The translations under genes were made by a program, and so were the position numbers. Positions 10,757-18,400 of a stretch of DNA of 64,000 nt are shown piece after piece. Below the pieces are notes generated by a model. That model was not told where the DNA came from. It did not search any database and was given only the letters and a program-made list of their open reading frames with translations. Positions within the stretch are counted from its first letter, which is position 1; every line of letters starts with the position of its first letter. The stretch is from Planctomycetota bacterium (GTDB taxonomy: Bacteria > Planctomycetota > UBA8108 > SXIK01). The stretch covers positions 5,376,001 through 5,440,000 of the forward strand of contig OZ244999.1 in NCBI GenBank assembly GCA_965223265.1. Reading direction: 5' to 3'.

Positions 10757-12031
10757 ATGAAAATCCTCGTTCTCGGCTCGGGCGGCCGCGAACATGCGCT
10801 GGTGACGGCATTCGCTCGCTCGCCTCAAAAGCCGCAAGTTTTCTGCTCCCCTGGCAACGCGGGCATTCACGCCGAGGCCGACGCGCTCGAGGTCAGCCCG
10901 CACGGTGCTGTGGCGCACGGCGACCTCATCGAGGCGGCTCGTCGCGAACGGATCGACCTGACGATCGTTGGTCCCGAAGCTCCCCTAGCGGCCGGTATCG
11001 TCGACGACTTCGAATCGGCGGACCTGAGAATCTTCGGGCCGGATGCGCAGGCGGCCCAGCTCGAGGGCAGCAAATGCTTCACAAAGGAGTTCCTCGCGCG
11101 TCACGATATCCCGACCGCGGCGTTCGAGATCTTCGAGGACGCTCCGGCAGCATACGCCTACATCGAGAAACGCGGCACGCCGATCGTCGTCAAAGCGGAT
11201 GGCCTCGCCGCCGGCAAAGGGGTCGTGGTCGCTCAAGACATGGACGCGGCGTGTCAAGCCGTCGATTCCATGCTGGTCGAAGGCGACTTCGGTGACGCCG
11301 GCCGACGCGTCGTCATCGAGGACTGTCTCCGCGGCTCGGAAATTTCGCTGTTCGCGATTTGCGATGGCACCGACTACGTCCTGCTCGAGACCGCGCAGGA
11401 CTATAAGCCGATCTTCGACGGCGACCGTGGCCCGAACACCGGCGGCATGGGGACGTACTCTCCTTACTATGCCGTGCACGATCCAATCGTCGTCGAGGCG
11501 CGACGGCGCATCATCGAGCCCACGCTGGCAGGCATGCAGAAGGAAGGCCATCCGTTTCGCGGCATTCTGTACGCAGGGCTCATGCTCACCCCTTCAGGCC
11601 CACAGGTCATCGAGTTCAATGTCCGTTTCGGCGACCCAGAGGCACAGGTGATCCTGCCGCGGCTCCTGAGCGACCCGCTCGAGCTCTTCGAGCGGGCTGC
11701 CGTCGGCGAGCTCGCAGGATACGAGCCACGCTGGGATCCACGTCACAGCGTCTGCGTCATCGCGGCATCAGGCGGCTATCCAGGGAGCTACGCCAAGGGT
11801 CGCAAAATCACCGGCCTGGAGGCGATCAAAGATCCGCTGGTGAAGGTGTACCACGCGGGCACGGCGCGCGATCACGACGGCGACCTGATCACCAGCGGCG
11901 GACGCGTTCTCGGCGTCACGGCGCTCGGGGACGATCGTCAGGCCGCACGCGCTCGAGCATACGCTGCGATGGCGCACATTCAGTTCGACGGTGTGCAGTA
12001 TCGGCGCGACATTGCGAGCGGAGAGCGTTAG
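10757..12031 (+). CDS. purD: Phosphoribosylamine--glycine ligase
   Basis: MKILVLGSGGREHAL, KADGLAAGKGV, GPNTGGMG, EFNVRFGDPE; RBS aaagga before ATG 10757. Confidence 0.97.
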   Translation: MKILVLGSGGREHALVTAFARSPQKPQVFCSPGNAGIHAEADALEVSPHGAVAHGDLIEAARRERIDLTIVGPEAPLAAGIVDDFESADLRIFGPDAQAAQLEGSKCFTKEFLARHDIPTAAFEIFEDAPAAYAYIEKRGTPIVVKADGLAAGKGVVVAQDMDAACQAVDSMLVEGDFGDAGRRVVIEDCLRGSEISLFAICDGTDYVLLETAQDYKPIFDGDRGPNTGGMGTYSPYYAVHDPIVVEARRRIIEPTLAGMQKEGHPFRGILYAGLMLTPSGPQVIEFNVRFGDPEAQVILPRLLSDPLELFERAAVGELAGYEPRWDPRHSVCVIAASGGYPGSYAKGRKITGLEAIKDPLVKVYHAGTARDHDGDLITSGGRVLGVTALGDDRQAARARAYAAMAHIQFDGVQYRRDIASGER

Positions 12032-12073
12032 GTCGCCAGACGTACGTTCTGAACCAGTGACGCATCACTCGAA

Positions 12074-12108
12074 CAGAAATGCGCGTAGACCTCTGGCGCG
12101 CGTTTCTG
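12074..12108. terminator. Hairpin between convergent purD and tRNA array
   Basis: cagaaatgcgcg-N11-cgcgcgtttctg inverted repeat. Confidence 0.5.
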
Positions 12109-12119
12109 CTTTAGAGGCG

Positions 12120-12191
12120 TGACCCCACCGGGAATCGAACCCGGTCCTCCAGGTTGAAAGCCTAGCGTCCTACACAGTAGACCATGGGGCC
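12120..12191 (-). tRNA. tRNA-Glu(UUC), CCA not encoded
   Basis: ggccccatggtc...ctagg-ctttcaa-cctgg...gggttcgattccc; full cloverleaf. Confidence 0.85.
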
Positions 12192-12195
12192 ACGG

Positions 12196-12271
12196 TGGTG
12201 ACCCCGGCGAGAGTCGAACTCGCGTCTCCGGATTGAGAGTCCGGTGTTCTGACCAACTAAACTACGGGGCC
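12196..12271 (-). tRNA. tRNA-Glu(CUC)
   Basis: ccgga-ctctcaa-tccgg anticodon arm, T-loop ttcgact, CCA end. Confidence 0.92.
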
Positions 12272-12312
12272 ACGGTGAAGTCGTGTGCGCTCGCGTAGTT
12301 GCTGGTGAAAAA

Positions 12313-12387
12313 TGGCGGCGGCGGCCGGAGTCGAACCTCCGTAGCTGGGCTTATGAGGCTCAGCAGGCAACCAACAGCCTCACCGCA
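12313..12387 (-). pseudogene. Degenerate tRNA-Met(CAU), initiator-like
   Basis: Loop ctcataa, 1:72 mismatch, CCA end, but T-stem mismatched and D-arm shortened. Confidence 0.6.
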
Positions 12388-12468
12388 CCAGGGTAGAAAG
12401 CACCTACCACTCGAGAGCGCGCGTTCTGCGCTCCCGTTCATGAAACTGGAACTTGTGGAAGTGGTTCA

Positions 12469-12524
12469 TGGCCACGGCTGAGGTTTGCGGTTTACGAGAC
12501 AGCAGCTCTGTGAGCTACGCAGGC
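12469..12524 (-). pseudogene. Relic tRNA-Thr(CGU)
   Basis: gcctgcgtagctcacagagctgctgt-ctcgtaa; D-loop shortened, T-arm lost. Confidence 0.45.
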
Positions 12525-12536
12525 AAAGGAAAAGAG

Positions 12537-12613
12537 TGGTAGGGCCGGGTGGATTCGAACCACCAACAACCAGGCTCTCGACCTGGTGCCTCTGCCAGTT
12601 GGGCTACGACCCC
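12537..12613 (-). tRNA. tRNA-Leu(GAG) with short variable loop and C33
   Basis: ccagg-tcgagag-cctgg, variable region ttgtt, perfect T-arm, A73, CCA. Confidence 0.8.
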
Positions 12614-12623
12614 AGAGTGTTTC

Positions 12624-12701
12624 TGGTGGAGGTGGTGAGATTCGAACTCACACGTAACGAGATTCTAAATCTCGCGCCTCTGCCAGTTGGGCTACACCTC
12701 C
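12624..12701 (-). tRNA. tRNA-Leu(UAG) with short variable loop
   Basis: cgaga-tttagaa-tctcg, variable region ttacgt, A73, CCA. Confidence 0.88.
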
Positions 12702-12798
12702 ACGTTACTGTTCGGCGCTTGGGCTCCGGATGAGCGGCGGGATGATTGCGTGCGTACGACTCCTTTCAAGAAGGGGAAATCGACTTTTTTCGAATGAG

Positions 12799-12864
12799 TA
12801 CCCGTGGAAGGATTCACCCGCGAGGTTTTAAGCCTCGCCGCTCTGCCAGTTGGCGCACACGGGT
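12799..12864 (-). pseudogene. Degenerate tRNA-Leu(UAA)
   Basis: Acceptor, D-arm and cgagg-cttaaaa-cctcg intact; T-arm partly deleted. Confidence 0.65.
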
Positions 12865-12871
12865 ACAAAAG

Positions 12872-12945
12872 CGGTGGAGACCGGGAATCGAACCTGACAC
12901 AGGAGGTTTGCGACAGCTCCTCTCCCCCTTGGCACATGGGCCCCC
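12872..12945 (-). pseudogene. Relic tRNA, probably Cys(GCA)
   Basis: gccaag D-arm remnant, tcgcaaa loop, tcaggttcgattcccgg T-arm. Confidence 0.4.
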
Positions 12946-12953
12946 AAGTGAGA

Positions 12954-13020
12954 GTGCCCGAGGCAAGAGTCGAACGTGCAACTAGCTGGGTTTAACGAGT
13001 CTGCTACGAGCCCACACTGC
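12954..13020 (-). pseudogene. Relic tRNA, identity uncertain (Leu or Asn)
   Basis: T-arm remnant gcacgttcgactcttgc and 3' acceptor strand ctcgggca; 5' half decayed. Confidence 0.3.
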
Positions 13021-13025
13021 TTCGA

Positions 13026-13117
13026 TGGCGGAAGGCCTGGGAATCGAACCCAGAGGACCGCACGCAGTCCCACGGTTTAGCAAACCGCTCCGGCTAACCA
13101 ATATCCGGCTACCTTCC
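13026..13117 (-). tRNA. tRNA-Ser(GCU), atypical (A8, long D-loop)
   Basis: gcggt-ttgctaa-accgt, long variable arm, G73, CCA. Confidence 0.85.
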
Positions 13118-13119
13118 AA

Positions 13120-13213
13120 TGGAGGAAGGTAGAGGAGTCGAACCCCCGACGACACATGACACGCCGCCGCCCCGGTGTTCAAAACCGGTTCGCTACCACT
13201 AGCGATACCTTCC
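13120..13213 (-). tRNA. tRNA-Ser(UGA), atypical (possible 8/4 fold, U73)
   Basis: ccggt-tttgaac-accgg, long variable arm, D-arm tcgcta-gtgg-tagcga, CCA. Confidence 0.8.
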
Positions 13214-13220
13214 TTTTTCC

Positions 13221-13296
13221 TGGTTCGCCCGAGAGGACTCGAACCTCTAACCTCAGCGTTCGTAGCGCTACGCTCTTCCAGTTGAGCTACGGGCGA
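13221..13296 (-). tRNA. tRNA-Arg(ACG)
   Basis: tagcg-ctacgaa-cgctg, A20, CCA. Confidence 0.92.
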
Positions 13297-13305
13297 AGAA
13301 TTCTC

Positions 13306-13381
13306 TGGCTGGCCCGGTAGGGATCGAACCTACGACCTCCGGGTTCAAAGCCCAGCGCTCTTCCAGTTGAGCTACAGGCCA
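13306..13381 (-). tRNA. tRNA-Gln(UUG)
   Basis: ctggg-ctttgaa-cccgg, U1-A72, G73, CCA. Confidence 0.9.
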
Positions 13382-13390
13382 GCAAATACT

Positions 13391-13466
13391 TGGCACGCCC
13401 GCGAGGAGTCGAACCTCGAACCGGCGGATTTGGAATCCGCTGCGCTACCAGTTGCGCCACGGACGC
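13391..13466 (-). tRNA. tRNA-Trp(CCA)
   Basis: gcgga-ttccaaa-tccgc, G73, CCA. Confidence 0.92.
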
Positions 13467-13479
13467 ATGCACGAGCAAA

Positions 13480-13491
13480 TTGTCAAAGAAC
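13480..13491 (-). promoter_or_regulatory. boxA-like antitermination motif
   Basis: GTTCTTTGACAA on the transcribed strand just before the first intact tRNA; resembles rrn boxA. Confidence 0.55.
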
Positions 13492-13557
13492 ACGTTTCCT
13501 TCCATCACGGCGTGAGCCGCTTCGTGAAAAAGAAGAGTCACGTCGGACTCGCAAGTT

Positions 13558-13639
13558 TGGCGCAGACGCGGGGAATCGGACCCCGAGCTGCGGGATAGAC
13601 AATCCACCAAGATGCCGTTGCACCTTGCACCACGCCTCC
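13558..13639 (-). pseudogene. Degenerate tRNA-Asp(GUC)
   Basis: gga-ttgtcta-tcc arm, T-loop tccgatt, acceptor mismatch, GCCA end. Confidence 0.55.
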
Positions 13640-13710
13640 ATAGGCGCTCGTGCGACGGTGAACTCTTCAGTAGAGTCGCGGGAGAGTGAAGGTCTCGTTC
13701 TCTGGGGTCC

Positions 13711-13869
13711 CTACGACCGCAGGGAGAGAAGAGACAGGCGCCGCCTATTCCAGGACGGACAGGCGCACTGCCAGATAGCGAGACTATCGTGGCGTTCCAA
13801 GACCATGGCCGCTCTTTGGTGGGCGGCTTCGCGTGAGTGCGAATTGAGGTTGGTCTTCGGCTTGGTCAT
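13711..13869 (-). CDS. Putative 52-aa leader peptide of the tRNA array
   Basis: ATG 13869 to TAG 13711: MTKPKTNLNSHSREAAHQRAAMVLERHDSLAIWQCACPSWNRRRLSLLSLRS; stop enclosed in hairpin 13692-13735. Confidence 0.35.
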   Translation of the reverse strand: MTKPKTNLNSHSREAAHQRAAMVLERHDSLAIWQCACPSWNRRRLSLLSLRS

Positions 13870-13881
13870 GACTTAACTTAA

Positions 13882-14060
13882 CAGCCCGTTGAAAAAAGTC
13901 ATTCGGCCGAAGAAACTGGCCTCTTCACGCCCAGCTCGACCGCGTCAATACTCGCCATCAGAATCGAAAAAAGAGGGCCCGAAGATTGCCTCCGTTTGCC
14001 GCAGCCGATCTGGACGCGAAGAGACCAGTTTTCGGCTCGAAGCACTTTTTCAACAGGCTG
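13882..14060. mobile_element. MITE family A copy (179 bp)
   Basis: TIR cagcccgttgaaaaa / tttttcaacaggctg; TTAA on both flanks. Confidence 0.9.
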
Positions 14061-14115
14061 TTAATAGACGACGCTCGGGGGTCGTCTATTGCACATTTTT
14101 TGAAAAAAATTTCTT
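14061..14115 (-). promoter_or_regulatory. Putative promoter plus palindromic operator for the tRNA array
   Basis: Perfect IR aatagacgac-N8-gtcgtctatt (14063-14090); minus strand TAGACG-N16-TATTAA with upstream A/T tract. Confidence 0.55.
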
Positions 14116-14231
14116 GGGGTTTCTCTCGGGCACGACGCTGCGCGCTGTGGCGAGCCATTCCGTCTCGGGGCCAGCAAACACAGCGACCACGGACGGTGGA
14201 AGAAGACGCCAAAGCTGACGAAAGCCGCGTG

Positions 14232-15437
14232 TCAGTCCTTCGATTTCCCGCGTCGTTTCTTCTTCCCGCGCTTTTTCTTCTTGCCCTTCTTCTCGGCCTT
14301 GCCGTCCTTATCGGCTGTGGCCGCGGCCTTGCCGTCATCGCCCTCGTCTTTCTTCGCGTCACCCTTCTGGGCATCGCCGTCTGACGGTTTTGTCGCCGGC
14401 TTCTTTGCTGTATCCTCTTTTTTGGTCTCGGGGCAGGCCGACGCGAGGATCGCGGAGACAACCCGGTTCAGCGCCGCACGGTCGACGGGATCGGCGTAGC
14501 CGGCGTCAAATCCTTCGAGTTTCGCTTTCTCGCGTCTCCCATCGAACTTGAAGTCTTCTTCCTCGAGCGACTTCATGAAAGCCTCTTGGCGCTCGACGCA
14601 CGTCTTCGAAACCATGCGACCGAGTTTCAGCAGCTCAATGAACGCCTCCGACGTGTTGCGCAGCAACTGTTGACGATTCATCTGCAGCTTCAGAATGTCG
14701 TTTTGCACTTTGGCCTGCGAGGTCCGCCAGTCCAGGACTTTCCGACGCAGCTTGCGCAGGTCGACGTCGACTGCCTCTTCAGACTCTTCATCAGGCTCAA
14801 CCTCCGCCATGATCTTCGAAAAATCTTTGTAGTTGTTGATCAAGCGGTCGATGAACTTGCCGTAGACGTCGCACGCCTCCTTCACCAATTTGTCGAGTTC
14901 CTCGCGACTGCCGACAAGGAGGGGCGTGTCCCGAAATGTGAACGGCCATGGAGCGTCCTTAGTCTTGTACGCCTTTGAGATCTGACGCTTGACAGCGGCG
15001 TTCTGCTTTTTGGGGTCGAGCTCCACCTTGACGTAGTACGCGTCGATCTCCGGATCGATCGATGGATCAAGGTTGCCCCTGGGTGTCCACTCCAGCGTCA
15101 AGTTGCGCTTTTGGGCGCCGGCAACTTCGTATTCCTTCACACCACCGTCGACGAGCGCACCGCGGTTCACCAAATTGAAATCGATCTTCGCCCCAGCTGG
15201 CAGGCTCTTCGACAAGTGAAAGGTGATCTCGATCGTCGTCCGCCCTCGTCCGGTGCGCGCGATCTGCTTGACTCCCTGCAGATCGATCAGCGGCTCATAG
15301 CCGTCGTAGCTCAGCGCTTTCCGGTCCTTCTTTTTCTTGGCTTTCGCCTTCCCCTGACCTTCCGTTTGCGACGCGACGCCGAACATTAACAAACCGCACA
15401 GCGCCGCACAGACGAACCGTGAGCTCTGAGTCAGCAT
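14232..15437 (-). CDS. Hypothetical exported protein with Lys-rich tail
   Basis: About 400 aa, signal-peptide-like N-terminus, RBS gaggagg, directly downstream of the 1224-aa gene. Confidence 0.75.
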   Translation of the reverse strand: MLTQSSRFVCAALCGLLMFGVASQTEGQGKAKAKKKKDRKALSYDGYEPLIDLQGVKQIARTGRGRTTIEITFHLSKSLPAGAKIDFNLVNRGALVDGGVKEYEVAGAQKRNLTLEWTPRGNLDPSIDPEIDAYYVKVELDPKKQNAAVKRQISKAYKTKDAPWPFTFRDTPLLVGSREELDKLVKEACDVYGKFIDRLINNYKDFSKIMAEVEPDEESEEAVDVDLRKLRRKVLDWRTSQAKVQNDILKLQMNRQQLLRNTSEAFIELLKLGRMVSKTCVERQEAFMKSLEEEDFKFDGRREKAKLEGFDAGYADPVDRAALNRVVSAILASACPETKKEDTAKKPATKPSDGDAQKGDAKKDEGDDGKAAATADKDGKAEKKGKKKKRGKKKRRGKSKD

Positions 15438-15457
15438 GGAATGAGACCTCCTCGCAG

Positions 15458-18400
15458 TCACTCAACTTCTTCTTGCAAATGAATCTTAGGCGTCGGCAAA
15501 AAATACGTGAGTGTGACGTCGTCGATGACTGGCGTGGCGACGGAACCACCACTCGTGTTTCCCGTAACGCCTTTTGCGGCCTGGAATCGAAAACGGTAGC
15601 CGACTTTAACATGGTCACCCTGAACACCAGTCGCACGCCGTGCTGCCCGACGACCGGCGATGCGATTGACAGGTTCCTGCAGCTGCCACGGCTCGATGAA
15701 GCCGCCCGGGATCGTGCTGTTTCCGACCGGGAGATAGACGACTTCAGCCTGGATCTGCATATCGCTGCGTCGCAGCGGCTGAGGAATCTGCTGCGGCAAA
15801 GAATCCGTGAACATCGCCGGATAGTACGACGTCCAGTCGAACGATCGGAGCATGATCGAGTCAACGCTCGGCGGCAACGGCACGTCGAACACGTTCGCGT
15901 ATTCGCATGGACGGTTCGTGTAGTAGCCAGGCGACTGCGCCACAAGGTAGTTCTTCACACCCGGGAAGGCGCCGTCAAACACAATGAATTCGTCGATCGT
16001 GGCGTTCGCCATGAATCGCTTGACGTTGCGCTCAACCTCGACGATTCCGCCGCGCCCCTGACCAGCGCTCGTCGAGTTCGTGTACCACTTGAACAGGCCG
16101 TAGTTTGAGTCACCCTGCTCCCGGATAAACCCACCTATGTGGAGGCCATCTTTGGGTTGCCGCTCGTTCAGGCGCACCCAGGAGTTCGCCGAACCGATAT
16201 CGCCCTGCGCGTGAATCGGCCCGCCGCCGGCGCGGCTCTCCTGAAAGTCGACGTAGAGGCGCACCGAAAGATTCGGATTCTGATCGTCCCAGTCGATCGC
16301 GATGTGGTGCCACTCATGCGCCTTGAAGTGGCGAATCGGCACCATGATGTCGGTGCGCGAGATAATCTTCTGCGGATCGAGCAACTCGAGAATCGGGTTG
16401 CTCTCGTTGTCTGCGATCACCTGTGGGTAGAGCTGCGAGACGCCGTCGCCGCCTTCTCCAATCGAATGGAGAAATGCTTGGTGGTAGTACATGCGGACGA
16501 CGCGGAGCTGGCCGATCGAATTCTTGAAGATATAGAACTGAGAGCCTTCAGAGCCACTGAAGTCTGCACCGTTCTGACTGACTTCACGCACCACCTGGGT
16601 GGACGAGACCAGTCCGGAGAACACAGGGTCGTCGCCGTTGAACTCGAACTTGACCCAAAACCCAATGCCGCCGCGATAATAAGGCACGTTACCGAGCGTG
16701 TTCTGACCGCGGCTCCCAAGCCCCGAGGCGCCAACCTTGACCACACCGCTTTCCTCACGGCCAAGATCGATCCGCTGCCGTGCGGGCATCGACAGATGCC
16801 GGCTAGCGATGTGGCTGGTGCGCACGATCGACGAGTGCAGGCCGTCGGGGAAGACGTCAGTCCCCAGCACTTCCTTGTTGATCAGAGGATCTCGCGGGAT
16901 CGCCGCTTCATTGGTGTAGGCCTGATAGTTCAGCACCTCGGCGCGGCGATAGAACTTATCCATGCGGGCGCCAAAACGTGAGAAGGGGGCGTCAAAGAGG
17001 TCACGCAGCGCGTCGGTAAACTCCTCGGTGAAGAGGCTTGTGCTGCCGCCCTGCTTGACGCGGCGAAGACGGCTGAGGGACTGCGATGGACGAGAGTCGA
17101 AACCATTCGTCACCGTGATCGACGGGTGCGATGCACGATATGTCTGCGGCCGACTCAAATAGGCGCCTTCCATGCGGCGGCCGTCCAAAAGCCCTGCCAC
17201 CTCGATGCGCCCATCGCGCACGCTTCCCGCAGTCACCAGTTCTGTCAAAGCTTCCATCGGTTCTGGCCAGGTGACGACATTTTTGCGGTTGTTGACGCTG
17301 GAAAGCGCGCCGACACCCTGGAACGTCTTTTCGAAGTGGTACTGGTTCGTGTGCCGGAGGACTCCATACGTCTGCACGACCGTACGAACGCGGCGCTCGA
17401 ACGGACGTCGAAACGGCACCGGCATGCCAAGCTGTCCCCGCCCTCTCGACGAAGTCGTGGTCGAGCTCTGCGCCGTGCGATCGGAGATGGGCCCGATCTG
17501 TCCCAAGCTGGTGATTTCGTAGTACCCCATGGAGTCGAAAGCGAACTCCGTGGTGTTGCCTTTGAACAGATTGAAGTTGTCCTGCGCCCAGACCAAGTCG
17601 GACTTGTCCACCGGCACGTACACCGCAGCGTTTGGGTTGTAGCGATTGATGCGCGTGTTGGGATTGAAGTTCGCTTTGAGGACGCCTTTGACGAGCTCGT
17701 AGTACCATGCGTTCTGATCGTGAAACCCGATCCCCGCCTGGCGGTACGTGCCGCGCGTGCTGCCAACATCGGTCCCCTTGATCCAGAGGCGCCCGACGGG
17801 GCTTGTGGCGCCGCCCGACACCAAAGCGCGTTTGATCTGCTGGTTGTTCGGCTGGTCCGGGTCGATCACGAGAGCGTTGGTCGGCGATGGAAAAAAGCTC
17901 GTCTCCAGGAGATCGACGAAATCTTCGAATCCTTGACGCCCCTGGTCGTTCGTCCGCCAAGCCATGAACGGCCGGATCTTTCGCCGCACGATGATTTGCT
18001 CCGCCAGTCGCTTTGCATGCTGGTATTCCAGCCGCGGGCTGTAGACGAAAATCGCCCGCGGCAGCACGCTGCCAACCTCCTCCTGCGCGGTGAGGCGACG
18101 ACCTAGGATCTGCGCCCCGGCATCGACCTGCGGCGCCATTGTCGCGTTGATGCCAGCACCACCCCCGAGGAACGAGAAGGGAAAAACGCGCCGCCCCGCA
18201 AGTCCTTGCAGACAAGCAATCAGCACCTCTTCGGGTGCGGTGTTGAGGTTGACCGGATACCGCGGCTGTCGCTCCATGCGCGGCTGAGCCGACGCCGGCG
18301 GCTGAGACTGCTGGGCGCTGCTACCACCCAGCCCGCCCGTCGAACCGAGAAGCTCCGGCACCTCGTTGAGACCATCAAGCGGCCCGAACACGTCACTGTC

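Noticed and set aside
13120-13213. tRNA-Sec (selC) or opal suppressor
   Set aside because: Anticodon on the transcribed strand is UGA, reading Ser UCA; the ttca seen on the plus strand is its complement
12299-13876. Track ORFs across the tRNA array
   Set aside because: They overlap clear tRNA cloverleaves and lack protein-like features
12120-14060. tRNA array as part of a prophage or ICE
   Set aside because: Flanked by purD and an exported-protein operon; no phage, integrase or conjugation genes in the window
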